DNA of 40,783 bases from a virus (IMGVR_UViG_3300030330_004289:1-40783), one strand, 5' to 3'; positions 9,686 to 19,425 are shown, counted from the first letter of the stretch. Made by a program: numbers and translations. The notes: a model not told the origin generated them from the sequence alone.

Positions 9686-12006
9686 GTGAGAGCTACGAAG
9701 AAATATTAGAGGACATTAATGACATAAGCGACCAGGGTTTATCTCAACAACAAGATCAAGATAATTATACGATTAGAAAAGCTAAGTCTAATTTGTTTTT
9801 TGATGATGACACAAAAATTGAGTTTCTTGCACAAGAGAGGTTTCCAGGCGATAAAAATGCTGCAATGAAATATGTAAATATTGACGGCGACTTATACTAT
9901 GAAAATCCAGTCGGTGAAAAACTTTTTGCAGGCAAAAAATATACAAAAGAATTTCCAGACAATGAAGCTGTTGGTTTCTTTGGTGATAAAATTACGCCTA
10001 ACATTGTGCCTGCTTCTACTTTTGTATCTGATGTTGGTGGTGGAATGGCAGGAGCTCGACAAGGTTTTAAAACAGGTATCAGGTTGCAACAAACCATTCC
10101 TAATCCTTATGCAAAGGCAGCGGTGCTTATCGGAAGCACTGCGATAGGAGGATTTGGTGGTAATTACCTTATAGGCGGATTAAACAGGACTGCTAGAGAG
10201 GCGACCATAGACCAGTTTTATAGCCTCACTCCAGAGGAGATAGCAGCTGCACACAACGATTTGCTTATCTCATCTGCTTTTTCGTTAATACCTTTTGGTC
10301 AAGGCTCAGTCGGTACTTCGAGACTTTTAAATGTTTTTAACAAAGATCCAGACGCTTTAAGGTATTTAATTGAGCTTCGCGGGTCTACTGACGATACGAT
10401 TCGTGAGGCAAATAGACTAGGATTTGATTTGACGCCTGCACAAGCAAGCACGATTGGAAGTCGCGGTAAAGATATACAATATTTTTTAAGTAGACAGCCA
10501 GATGCTAGACAAGTTACACAGTTCTATGATAGTCAAGCAAGTCAGATAGCTGAAGCAATTACAGCATACGCAGATGATATTGGTTCACAGGCAGGAAAAG
10601 TTGGCGATGTAAATACACGTTTGGTAGATACAAGCAAAAGGGTTCTAGATGAGTTACAGAAAAAAAGAAAACAAAGAGCTACAAGGCTATATGACATTTT
10701 AAAACAAGCTCCCGAAGGTATAAAGGTTAATAATATAGACAGTGTCATTGATTTGATAGACAGCAAGATAGCTGGCGAGGTTTTAGATGATAGTGGTAAA
10801 GTAATTAGAGTTGTGGAGCCTCCACCGACAACAGTCGAGAACCTGAAAGAATTTAAGCAAATGTTTTATCGTCAAGATGGAACATTGGTGGATGATTTAA
10901 TGGAGCTTGACGCTAGAAGAACCACTGAGATGAAGCAATTAGCATTAGGTCTTCAAAGTAAAGGCACAGGAGACTCTGGAACAATATTTAGCATAATGAA
11001 TAGTATGACAGCACTGATGGATGAGTCTGCGCCTTTATATAGACAGGCTAGAAGGGTTTATGATCCCAACAAGCCGGCTTTGCAATTAGTTGAAAAAAGT
11101 GCCATTGGCAAATTTGGGAGGTTAATGACCGACAAACAAACCGCCACGGCTATGAAAAATTTATTTGACCCTAATGTATCATTGAAGTCTTTACGAAACT
11201 CTAGGAGAATCTTGCAAGCAGCTGATCCAGAGCTTTTTCAAGATGTAAAAAAACAATTTATATTAGATCAATATGATAGGTTTTTTAGAGCTGAACAATT
11301 GCAAAAAGGTATGCCAGGATTACAAAAACATTTTCAACAAAATAAGATAAAAGCAATGATGCAGGAGATGTTAAGTCCAGAAGAGTTTGAAAACTTTTAT
11401 AGGATGAATGAGTTGATGGGAAGAGCTTTTAGTATACCTGTGGGCGGTTCACCAACGCAGCCTTTAACGGAGATGGCTGGACAAATAGCCTATGAAGGTC
11501 TTGGTAGTGGCACTAAAGCTGCGCAAACTGCGTTAGCTCTGCTGAACTTACCTGGTCGTTATTTGTCAGGGAAATTGGGCGAAGATGTGGTTGCTAGAAT
11601 TGCAAAAGACCAACAACAAGGTTACTTAAAACTTTTAACCGATCAGCTTATAGCAGATCCAGATGTAGCAAAAACACTAGAAGATACTTACAGATTTTTT
11701 AATACTAATGAATTTCTTTTGAAACAGACAGGAGTTCGTGGAGCAGCAGAGGGAGTTGATGCTATAACTGATCCTAGTGTGCAACCATATCAGGGTGGTC
11801 AACAGCCTTCACAGCCAACTTATGAGGAGCTTTTACGAGAAATTGAAGGTGCTAGTGGCACCACACAAGCGCCGCAGCAACCAGCCTTTGACTTGCCCGG
11901 ATCAGATCTAGCGCCACCACAAATGTTGTCGCCGACTATATTGCCAGATGAAAGAGATCGTGAGATCGCAATGCGACAAATGGGTGGGTTGGGATCTTTA
12001 GCTTGA
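9682..12006 (+). CDS. Putative large internal virion/DNA transfer protein
   Basis: 774 aa; Gly/Ala hydrophobic segment then long helical region; last gene of the structural run; ends GGLGSLA. Confidence 0.6.
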   Translation: MSESYEEILEDINDISDQGLSQQQDQDNYTIRKAKSNLFFDDDTKIEFLAQERFPGDKNAAMKYVNIDGDLYYENPVGEKLFAGKKYTKEFPDNEAVGFFGDKITPNIVPASTFVSDVGGGMAGARQGFKTGIRLQQTIPNPYAKAAVLIGSTAIGGFGGNYLIGGLNRTAREATIDQFYSLTPEEIAAAHNDLLISSAFSLIPFGQGSVGTSRLLNVFNKDPDALRYLIELRGSTDDTIREANRLGFDLTPAQASTIGSRGKDIQYFLSRQPDARQVTQFYDSQASQIAEAITAYADDIGSQAGKVGDVNTRLVDTSKRVLDELQKKRKQRATRLYDILKQAPEGIKVNNIDSVIDLIDSKIAGEVLDDSGKVIRVVEPPPTTVENLKEFKQMFYRQDGTLVDDLMELDARRTTEMKQLALGLQSKGTGDSGTIFSIMNSMTALMDESAPLYRQARRVYDPNKPALQLVEKSAIGKFGRLMTDKQTATAMKNLFDPNVSLKSLRNSRRILQAADPELFQDVKKQFILDQYDRFFRAEQLQKGMPGLQKHFQQNKIKAMMQEMLSPEEFENFYRMNELMGRAFSIPVGGSPTQPLTEMAGQIAYEGLGSGTKAAQTALALLNLPGRYLSGKLGEDVVARIAKDQQQGYLKLLTDQLIADPDVAKTLEDTYRFFNTNEFLLKQTGVRGAAEGVDAITDPSVQPYQGGQQPSQPTYEELLREIEGASGTTQAPQQPAFDLPGSDLAPPQMLSPTILPDERDREIAMRQMGGLGSLA

Positions 12007-12246
12007 AGACTCAGTAGCTTTTATAATCGCGCCGTCAACTTCATAATCTAGATCTAAGCCATGAATATCTTGGCCATCTACATTAATAATGACGTTTCTT
12101 GAAATCAGTCTTAACAATGCAGCTTGTTGGTGTAGTGTGGTTCTACTAAACACATCGACAATCTCTTGCGCCTCCATAACCGGGCGATAAGACTGCGGTG
12201 TTGGTTTAGTTTTAGCCATGATTTTGTTAAACAGCTTCATCTGCAT
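11998..12246 (-). CDS. Hypothetical protein
   Basis: 82 aa ORF overlapping the RHH gene and converging on the structural operon; start uncertain. Confidence 0.55.
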   Translation of the reverse strand: MQMKLFNKIMAKTKPTPQSYRPVMEAQEIVDVFSRTTLHQQAALLRLISRNVIINVDGQDIHGLDLDYEVDGAIIKATESSS

Positions 12247-12397
12247 TGACCGTAGCTAATCGTTTGTGTTCTTTTTGTATTAACACTTTGAGCTGATCTA
12301 TTTTAGATCGGTGCTCACTTGCGCATATCTCACACAACAGATCATAAGTGCTAGGATCTACTGCTAAACTTTTTCTAATTTCTTTTCCTTCGCTCAT
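12227..12397 (-). CDS. Ribbon-helix-helix (CopG/Arc-like) DNA-binding protein
   Basis: Not in the ORF track; 56 aa MSEGKEIRKSLAVDPSTYDLLCEICASEHRSKIDQLKVLIQKEHKRLATVNADEAV with strand-helix-helix pattern; promoter upstream. Confidence 0.65.
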   Translation of the reverse strand: MSEGKEIRKSLAVDPSTYDLLCEICASEHRSKIDQLKVLIQKEHKRLATVNADEAV

Positions 12398-12431
12398 AAT
12401 TTTTTATATAAATATATTTATGGTTTGGTAT

Positions 12432-12460
12432 ATTCTATAAAAATTTACACAAATATACAA
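12432..12460 (-). promoter_or_regulatory. Sigma70-type promoter for the RHH operon
   Basis: TTGTAT-17 bp-TAGAAT on the minus strand. Confidence 0.6.
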
Positions 12461-12495
12461 CATCTTATTTATATTTATCTGATATACTAAATCGC

Positions 12496-13209
12496 ATGTA
12501 TAAACTTAGAAACTATCTGTTGAGCATGCAGTCGCATTGGATGATAAACCATACGACGTATCAAGCTGTCCAGGACAGTATTCCAGCCGTGATTAAATAT
12601 AAAGCTAGTAATGGTATGAAGGATATGGCCAAAACTCCGGTGCATAATGTGGTCAAAAAAATCTATCCAGAGATCTATCGCTTTCCTTTGTTTCGCAGAC
12701 ACTTTTGTACTATTTTGCTACGCGAGATAGAACACATGAAAAAGGAGATAGGCTTTGAGGGCAATGCTGAGGAAGATACACTGCGACAGATCCCAGAGAT
12801 AGTTCTAAAAGAACATGTGCCCGAGCTGTATCGGACCATGTGGTTTGTAGTGCAAACAGTATTAAATCCGATCTTCAATGCCATTTGGCAGCGCGACTGT
12901 AAAGATCCTGCAAGCATCCAAATAGCCAACTACAACCTCAAAGAAAAACAACAAGGCGCTTGGCACCATGATGAATCGGCAGATATATCAGTGGTGGTGC
13001 CGTTGAATACTGGTAAGTATAAAGGTGGCGGCACGGCGTTTCACAATTATGGTGAGGTAGCGCCCTTGCCGACAGGACATGCACTTATGTTTCCTTCGTT
13101 TAACAACCTACATAAAGGCTTGCCTGTTGAAGGTGGTGACAGATATCTATTGGTTTTCTGGCTATGTGATAAGCAAAAAACCGTAGATTTATACCATTCT
13201 TTAGACTAA
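12496..13209 (+). CDS. 2OG-Fe(II) oxygenase, PLOD/OGFOD2 (lysyl hydroxylase)-like
   Basis: HHD...H...R motif (WHHDES, LHKGLPVEGGDRYLLVFW), YKGGGT, and upstream IYRFPLF..FC..L..E.EH resembling the PLOD catalytic domain. Confidence 0.85.
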   Translation: MYKLRNYLLSMQSHWMINHTTYQAVQDSIPAVIKYKASNGMKDMAKTPVHNVVKKIYPEIYRFPLFRRHFCTILLREIEHMKKEIGFEGNAEEDTLRQIPEIVLKEHVPELYRTMWFVVQTVLNPIFNAIWQRDCKDPASIQIANYNLKEKQQGAWHHDESADISVVVPLNTGKYKGGGTAFHNYGEVAPLPTGHALMFPSFNNLHKGLPVEGGDRYLLVFWLCDKQKTVDLYHSLD

Positions 13210-13212
13210 AAA

Positions 13213-13992
13213 TTAATACAAATCTGAGATCTCTACAACTTGGACGCCGTCTAGGTTGTAAGGTCTAAAATCATCTTTATCTTTACACTTCAATAACAAA
13301 TCTAACGCTTGCTCATTACGAGCTCTGGCATACTCTAACGCTTCATCAGATAGCGTATAAACGCCGTATGGATAAGGGTGTGCCTTTTCCTGTGCAAGGA
13401 AGTTAAAACCATCAGCACGCAAGCCAGAGGCTTTACAGCCATCTACATACAACGCAGCTTGCATGTGATAGTTAAAACTGTTAATTGCGTTACGAAAGCC
13501 ACGCGGTGAAGCGTCACGACAGGTTTTTAGATCCCAGACGCGCTCACCGTCATACCAGTCGAGTCGACACTTAAAAGGATGGCCATGCAGCTCAAAGACG
13601 AGCGTCAGCTCAGTTTTATGATCTTTAGCTGGCACATAGTCTTGCACAACAGCACGCCTCTCCATACAAACGTCATACAGGTCCCGGCTGATTGCTGTAC
13701 GCTCACCGACGGTTTCCATAAAGTTAGCATAGTCTTCTTTGCCGACTTTGGTGCGGCGATCAATATTGGGTTGGATCACAAACTCTTTGTCAAAGTTGTG
13801 GTGTTCTAAAAATACAGTATGTTGAACTCGGCCTTCCAGTAGAGCTGGTGTTTGCGCCATTTCTTTTTGATGCTTCCAGCGATACGGGCATTTGATGACC
13901 GCAGTCAGATCGTGAGATCTAAACGCTGGGATCTGTGCATATTCTTCGTATGGTATATCTTCGTATATACCTGGTTTCATATCTTCAAACAT
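13213..13992 (-). CDS. RecE/exodeoxyribonuclease VIII-like PD-(D/E)XK nuclease (DUF3799 type)
   Basis: PGIY.DIP.EEY, GR..H...LE, KCRLD, DLKT, YHMQAALY. Confidence 0.88.
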   Translation of the reverse strand: MFEDMKPGIYEDIPYEEYAQIPAFRSHDLTAVIKCPYRWKHQKEMAQTPALLEGRVQHTVFLEHHNFDKEFVIQPNIDRRTKVGKEDYANFMETVGERTAISRDLYDVCMERRAVVQDYVPAKDHKTELTLVFELHGHPFKCRLDWYDGERVWDLKTCRDASPRGFRNAINSFNYHMQAALYVDGCKASGLRADGFNFLAQEKAHPYPYGVYTLSDEALEYARARNEQALDLLLKCKDKDDFRPYNLDGVQVVEISDLY

Positions 13993-14010
13993 AATGTCCT
14001 CGGTAAGGCA

Positions 14011-14059
14011 GCAGGCGACTCACTCATGGAGTAATGTGAGTAGGAGGGTTGTCGCCTGC
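14011..14059. other. Intergenic GC-rich stem-loop
   Basis: GCAGGCGAC (14011-19) pairs with GTCGCCTGC (14051-59); an inner ACTCA/TGAGT pair is also possible. Confidence 0.6.
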
Positions 14060-14066
14060 CTACAAA

Positions 14067-14825
14067 CTAAAACGGAATATTATCTTCAGTTAATCCGCCT
14101 TTGCTATCGTCGCTAGCAAAGTCAGGACTGTTCATTTCCGCCGCAGCTCGATCGGTTAAATTAGATAAATCATCAGCCATCGTGGTTTCGGGCATTTGTT
14201 TATCCGCAGCTATGTACTCAAAACTTTTTTGTATCTCGCCTTGAAGCCAATCGGGTAAGCCATCGAAAAGATCCGATGCTGCTTGCCCTGCTGGCGTTTT
14301 GTTGCCTTTTAGGTATTCACAATAAACATCAAGATCAAAAGACTGTTGTTGGTTATGAGTTTGTACTTGTTGAACACCGCCGTCTGGTCTTTGCAGATTA
14401 ACAATCTTTTGGTTGCCGCCTCCAGTGCCATCTGGTTTAGGTTTGGTGTGCCCAACCTCAATCCTTGCTGTGTTCCCTAGTAACTTTGTTATATCAAAGC
14501 CTTGCAGTTCTTGCTCTGTCAAACTTTTACCCTTCCAACTTTCTATATGTTTGCGCAACGCAGCCATTTCAAATAACGATGCTGTATAAGTTTTAGAAAC
14601 CACAAACGGTCTGCCATCTGGCATCAAAGTTTCGTTGTTGTTAGGATCTAATGCTTCGGTTACCTCAAAGGTTAGTTGCACTCTTTTTTTCTTACTTACT
14701 GTATCTTGGAAAGTAATGTTGGATTCACCCATATCAACAATTTGATAACAGGCGCCAAGATAAATGCCTGGTTGTAATTTTGGTCGGTCTTCACCGCTGT
14801 TCTCTCCGCTTATTGTTAAACTCAT
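14067..14825 (-). CDS. Phage ssDNA-binding/replication protein (NGO0469-like)
   Basis: PG.Y.G.CYQIVDMG, SKTYTASL...A.LRK..ESW.GK, acidic tail ending EDNIPF; start moved to the ATG at 14825 after SD GGAGG. Confidence 0.75.
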   Translation of the reverse strand: MSLTISGENSGEDRPKLQPGIYLGACYQIVDMGESNITFQDTVSKKKRVQLTFEVTEALDPNNNETLMPDGRPFVVSKTYTASLFEMAALRKHIESWKGKSLTEQELQGFDITKLLGNTARIEVGHTKPKPDGTGGGNQKIVNLQRPDGGVQQVQTHNQQQSFDLDVYCEYLKGNKTPAGQAASDLFDGLPDWLQGEIQKSFEYIAADKQMPETTMADDLSNLTDRAAAEMNSPDFASDDSKGGLTEDNIPF

Positions 14826-14846
14826 GTATATTCCTCCATAATGTGT

Positions 14847-14902
14847 TTGCAAATTATAATAAACTTGGGTAATATTCTATACACTTTTATAAAAGAAGTA
14901 AA
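14847..14902. promoter_or_regulatory. Overlapping opposed sigma70-type promoters with a palindrome
   Basis: Plus: TTGCAA(14847)-17-TAATAT; minus: TTTACT-17-TAGAAT; perfect palindrome CTTTTATAAAAG at 14884-14895. Confidence 0.6.
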
Positions 14903-14925
14903 CACAAAAAATAAGCGATGGATTG

Positions 14926-17088
14926 ATGTCATTAAAAATTAAAGGACCTAACAAAAATTTCAACAAACCTTTTACCAAGGATTACACCTCTCAATTTAGA
15001 GATTTCTTAGCCGAGCATGGCTATGAACCCGATCCCAATAAGGGATTGATTACCGATGGCTCTATAGGTCGAGCTTACATCAATATCGGCAATCAGCGTA
15101 AGCTCGTGGGTTGGTATCAGGCTTGGCTCGATCAATCATCCCCCTACGGTAGACTAGGCGATTATCGAGTCAGCACGGATCAACCCACAGCTACTTGGAA
15201 ACCAGAAAACAGTAAAAGGTATCGCATGACCAAAGCGCAGAAGGCGGAGATCGAGGAGCTACGACGCCAAGCTGAGGTCAAGACAGCCGAAAAATATACG
15301 CAGGCCGCACAGCGAGCGCAGTCCATTTGGGATCGAGCTGAGGATTGTGTTAAACATGAGTATTTGGAGAACAAACAGGTCTTATCGTATGGCTTGAAAA
15401 AGGACACGCATGATAACTTAGTGATCCCGATGAAGGATGGTCAAGGCACTATCGTTGGTCTTCAGTTTATCGCTACCGATGGTTCTAAGCGTTTTCTCAC
15501 TGGTTCTAAAAAAAGCGGTAGCTTTTTTCTGCTCGGCAGAGAGATCTTTAATAGTTCAGATACCCTCAATTATGCCGAAGGCTATGCGACCGCAGCGTCG
15601 ATTTATGCAGATAGATCGCAGCCGGTAGTGGTGGCTTTTGATGCGTTTAATCTCGCGCCAGTAGCTGAGGTTATGTATAAATACTTTCCTCATCACAAAC
15701 ACGTCTTTGTTGCCGATAACGACGATAGTAAAACAGGTGAGCGAGAAGCCAAGAAAGCGGCAGCTTACATTAAGAAAGTCGGTGGCTATGCTGAGATTCA
15801 AATGCCTGAGAGCAAGGGCGACTATAATGACCATAAGAACGAAGTTGCTGTCGTCGAAGGCGAAGTGGTCATGCAGAGTGTCGATGTCCCGGTGGAGTTC
15901 GACTTTGTCAGATCTGCAAGCGGACGCTTCTTGAACACCAAAGACAATATCGGTGGGGTGTTAGCAACGCATGGCGTTGATGTGCGCTACAACGTGATAA
16001 AGAAAAAGATGGAGATAGATATACCGAACATGGATTTTATTGCTGACATGTACGAGGAAGCCAGCCTGATAGAGATTGAAAATCGGTGCATTAATATGGG
16101 CATACCACATACTAAAGTGCGCGACTATCTCAAAGTGTTAGCACGCGAATACAACCCGGTGAAAGAATGGATAGAGAGCGAGCCGTGGGATGGAGTCGAT
16201 AGACTGCCAGACTTTTTGGACTCGTTGACAACGGAGGAGTCGGCGCAGTTACGCGATATGTTGTTGAAAAAATGGCTCATATCTTGCGTAGCTGCTGCCT
16301 TTGAAAAGAATGGCGTTGAGCTCGAAGGGATTCTCGTATTACAAGGCGCTCAAGGACTCGGGAAAACCTTATGGTTTAAGCGACTATGTGATTACAATAA
16401 AGGTTGGCTGTTAGAAGGTGCAACGCTGAATCCGTCGGATAAAGACAGCGTGAAGCGGGCGGTTAGCCATTGGATTGTCGAGCTAGGCGAGATCGAGTCG
16501 ACGTTTAAAAAATCGGACATCGATCAGCTGAAAGCGTTTGTGACGGCGAAGACGGATGAGCTGAGGTTGCCCTATGACCGGGCGTTTACGACCTATCAGC
16601 GCAGGACGGCGTTTTATGCGTCAGTCAATGCACGCGAGTTTTTGACGGATACGTCGGGGAATCGAAGATTTTGGGTGTTGGCGGTGCGTGATATCAATGT
16701 CAATCATGGCGTCAACATGCAACAGCTGTGGGCGCAGGTTAAAGAGACGATGTATGTGCCTGGACAGAAGAATTGGTTTTTGACGCCAGATGAGCGTGAG
16801 CTCTTGCAAAACAGCAACGAGCAATATCGTACGCAGTCGAGTGTGGAGGATCTGATCTTGGAGCATGTGGACTTTGAGAGTGAGGATACGAAGCCAGTAC
16901 AAATGACGAAATTGTTGCGTGATCTTGGCATTAAGGCGCCAAGGATGCCTGACTTCAAAGAAGCAAGTCGGGTGTTACACGATAGAGGCATCGAGCCGCG
17001 CCGCTCAAACGGCAAGAAGATCTTTGATCTGGATTACAGCGCAGCTGGAGATGACGAAAATTATGGCTCATACGCGGATAAATTTTGA
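14926..17088 (+). CDS. DNA primase-helicase (TOPRIM + VirE/VapE P-loop ATPase)
   Basis: AEGYATAAS, VAFDA.NL, ADND, DYND (TOPRIM); GAQGLGKT Walker A, IVELGE Walker B, FLTDTSGNRRFW. Confidence 0.93.
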   Translation: MSLKIKGPNKNFNKPFTKDYTSQFRDFLAEHGYEPDPNKGLITDGSIGRAYINIGNQRKLVGWYQAWLDQSSPYGRLGDYRVSTDQPTATWKPENSKRYRMTKAQKAEIEELRRQAEVKTAEKYTQAAQRAQSIWDRAEDCVKHEYLENKQVLSYGLKKDTHDNLVIPMKDGQGTIVGLQFIATDGSKRFLTGSKKSGSFFLLGREIFNSSDTLNYAEGYATAASIYADRSQPVVVAFDAFNLAPVAEVMYKYFPHHKHVFVADNDDSKTGEREAKKAAAYIKKVGGYAEIQMPESKGDYNDHKNEVAVVEGEVVMQSVDVPVEFDFVRSASGRFLNTKDNIGGVLATHGVDVRYNVIKKKMEIDIPNMDFIADMYEEASLIEIENRCINMGIPHTKVRDYLKVLAREYNPVKEWIESEPWDGVDRLPDFLDSLTTEESAQLRDMLLKKWLISCVAAAFEKNGVELEGILVLQGAQGLGKTLWFKRLCDYNKGWLLEGATLNPSDKDSVKRAVSHWIVELGEIESTFKKSDIDQLKAFVTAKTDELRLPYDRAFTTYQRRTAFYASVNAREFLTDTSGNRRFWVLAVRDINVNHGVNMQQLWAQVKETMYVPGQKNWFLTPDERELLQNSNEQYRTQSSVEDLILEHVDFESEDTKPVQMTKLLRDLGIKAPRMPDFKEASRVLHDRGIEPRRSNGKKIFDLDYSAAGDDENYGSYADKF

Positions 17089-18215
17089 TGATTGAGATTA
17101 TAAAAGGTGATTGTTTGCAGTCCCTAAAAAAACTAGAAGATCAAAGTATTAATACTTGTGTAACAAGTCCACCATATTGGGGTTTGCGTGATTATGGTAC
17201 TGCTGAATGGGAGGGCGGAGATCCAGACTGCGATCATGTAGCAAATCCAAATGCAACAAAAAAAATGGGAAATGAAGAATTTAATAAAAATCGCCCATCA
17301 AGAGAGAGTACAAAGACCAAAGGTTATTATGAAAAAGAATGTCCTAAATGTGGTGCAATCAAGAAAGACAGTCAACTTGGCATGGAAGATACACCAGAAG
17401 AATTTGTTGATAACTTGGTTAAGGTATTTAGAGAAGTAAAACGAGTATTGCGAGATGATGGCACAGTTTGGCTAAATCTTGGTGATAGTTATGGGCAACA
17501 AAAGGGCAAAGGATTTAATGCAAATGCGAAAGAAGGTTATATTGTTAGTAGGAGAAAAGAATTACAGAAAAAACAAGGTAATATAAATGTCAAAACAAAT
17601 TTACCTCCGAAAAATCTAATAGGCATACCTTGGAGAGTTGCATTAGCTTTACAACAAGACGGGTGGTATTTACGTCAAGATATTATTTGGCATAAACCTA
17701 ATCCCATGCCAGAGAGTGTCAAGGATAGATGTACAAAAGCACACGAATATATATTTTTATTAAGTAAGAGTCCTAAATATTATTTTGATAATGAAGCGAT
17801 TAAAGAGGATTGTGTTGGCAAAGATGAGCGTAAATGGGCAGATAGCTATGAAAAAGCAGGTTCTATAAAACAAGGTGAAACAAATGCTAACATTAAAAGA
17901 ACAAAAAGATATTCTAAAGATGGTAGTTTCAAAAGAAACAAACGCTCAGTCTGGACTGTTACCACTAAGCCATTCAAGGGAGCACACTTTGCAACTTTTC
18001 CTATGGATTTAATAAAGCCGTGTGTGTTAGCTGGTTGTCCTGTGGGTGGCACAGTTTTAGATCCTTTTGCTGGTAGTGGAACAACGGGTATTGTGGCTGC
18101 AGGCAATGATCGCAATGCTATTTTGTTAGAGCTGAACGAAGATTATATACAGCTAGCGTTAGATAGAATGAGAGCGGAGCTTGGTGTTTTTGGGGACTTT
18201 AAATACGATGATTGA
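17088..18215 (+). CDS. DNA methyltransferase, N4-C/N6-A beta class
   Basis: TSPPY catalytic motif, WHKPNPMPES, HFATFP, VLDPFAGSGTT SAM motif; Cys-containing insert (CDH...CPKCG). Confidence 0.95.
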   Translation: MIEIIKGDCLQSLKKLEDQSINTCVTSPPYWGLRDYGTAEWEGGDPDCDHVANPNATKKMGNEEFNKNRPSRESTKTKGYYEKECPKCGAIKKDSQLGMEDTPEEFVDNLVKVFREVKRVLRDDGTVWLNLGDSYGQQKGKGFNANAKEGYIVSRRKELQKKQGNINVKTNLPPKNLIGIPWRVALALQQDGWYLRQDIIWHKPNPMPESVKDRCTKAHEYIFLLSKSPKYYFDNEAIKEDCVGKDERKWADSYEKAGSIKQGETNANIKRTKRYSKDGSFKRNKRSVWTVTTKPFKGAHFATFPMDLIKPCVLAGCPVGGTVLDPFAGSGTTGIVAAGNDRNAILLELNEDYIQLALDRMRAELGVFGDFKYDD

Positions 18216-18327
18216 GGTGCTAAAAGAGATAATTGAGGTGGCAGCTGTTACCTTTTTTTCAGTGCTCGTGGCCTCGATTGTGGTCACGGGGATCGCCGCG
18301 ATTATCACGGATCGCTTCTTTCGATGA
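18208..18327 (+). CDS. Small single-TM hypothetical protein
   Basis: 39 aa MIEVLKEIIEVAAVTFFSVLVASIVVTGIAAIITDRFFR; overlaps the MTase stop; not in the ORF track. Confidence 0.5.
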   Translation: MIEVLKEIIEVAAVTFFSVLVASIVVTGIAAIITDRFFR

Positions 18328-18343
18328 GATTTCAAGGGGAAAA

Positions 18344-18527
18344 AGGGTATAGCACAGGGTATAGTAAAAGTAGCTGTACCCTGTCGCAATCCCTTGCTAT
18401 GACTACGTTTCCTATATATAAGTGTATAGTGTATATATATACTATAATAAGGTTAAGTATAAGAATACATTCTTACGCGTTACATAATATATATAATAGA
18501 AGTGCTATACACTCTACACTGTACACT
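18344..18527. repeat. Iteron-like 9-mer array in AT-rich DNA; candidate replication origin
   Basis: AG(G/T)GTANA(G/T) forward at 18344, 18356, 18421, 18428 and reverse at 18374, 18505, 18512, 18519, around (TA)n tracts. Confidence 0.7.
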
Positions 18528-18528
18528 G

Positions 18529-18642
18529 ATGAGTAAGGGTTCTAAAAGACGTCCCGGCAAACAGACGGTTTATAATCGGGAGTGGGAGAGAATATTTAAG
18601 AAGAAGGATAAACATGCCAAGACCAAAAAAGCCAACCAGTAA
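18529..18642 (+). CDS. Small basic phage protein (MSKGSKRRP...WERIF type)
   Basis: 37 aa ORF not in the track; pattern recurrent among small phage proteins; overlaps the terS start. Confidence 0.55.
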   Translation: MSKGSKRRPGKQTVYNREWERIFKKKDKHAKTKKANQ

Positions 18643-19123
18643 GAAATCACCAGCGCCGATTCAGTTTGATAAGGATAATGAATATAGCTTGACTGAAATG
18701 CAGGCCAGCTTTGTGTGGCACTACACCGAAGGTGCGTGCGGTATGACCGAGGCTGCCAGAAAAGCTGGTTATGAATTTCCGAGCGCAAGCGCGAACAAGC
18801 TGTTGAATGGGAAGACGTATCCGAACGTGGTAAAAGCAATCCGGATCAAACAAGATGAGCTGGCAGAGAAGTATGCGATCACGCCACAGAAGACAGGCAC
18901 GATGTTGTGGAAGGTGATGGAAAGTGCATACGAGAAAGGACAATACAATGCGGCCGTGTCAGCGATCAAAGAGCTGAACCAGCTAGCTGGTTTGTCTATC
19001 AATAGATCTCAGAACATCAACATTAACGCCAACCTTGAGAAGATGAGCCGGGAGCAAATTAAGGAAAGATTGGGACAATTACTCGGCGCAAATACTGACG
19101 ACTATTCGCATAAAGATAAATAG
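18614..19123 (+). CDS. terS: Terminase small subunit
   Basis: LTEMQASFV..Y...TEAARKAGY....A.KLL...P.V HTH, then AAVSAIKELNQLAGL helix. Confidence 0.8.
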   Translation: MPRPKKPTSKKSPAPIQFDKDNEYSLTEMQASFVWHYTEGACGMTEAARKAGYEFPSASANKLLNGKTYPNVVKAIRIKQDELAEKYAITPQKTGTMLWKVMESAYEKGQYNAAVSAIKELNQLAGLSINRSQNININANLEKMSREQIKERLGQLLGANTDDYSHKDK

Positions 19124-19190
19124 GTGTATAACTGCGTAATCGTGGTCGCTTTTTTTTAACGCCAAAATCTCAGAAAAAAAGCAAGATCCT

Positions 19191-19219
19191 CTGAAACCCT
19201 TATGTAGCAAGGCTTTCAG
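19191..19219. repeat. Imperfect palindrome CTGAAACCCTT-7-AAGGCTTTCAG
   Basis: 11-bp arms with one mismatch, in the non-coding gap after terS. Confidence 0.6.
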
Positions 19220-19425
19220 CCTATTGCAAACATGTATTGTTTTATGCAAATAAGTGCAAATTGTGAGCACAACAGTAACAGGAGTCCCTTGGAACCGCTT
19301 TTTTACAGGGAAAAAGACATATTAGGGACCCCTACACCCCAATATTGGCTAGCGCGTTTACAGTTGTAGTTATAACTAGGTTTGACACACTGAATCACAT
19401 GAAAAAATGATTCCTACCCCTCAAC

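Noticed and set aside
18324-18536. 70-aa ORF across the AT-rich region
   Set aside because: Low-complexity translation; better explained as the iteron array
19134-19157. Intrinsic terminator after terS
   Set aside because: Has a T8 run but only a weak 3-4 bp stem
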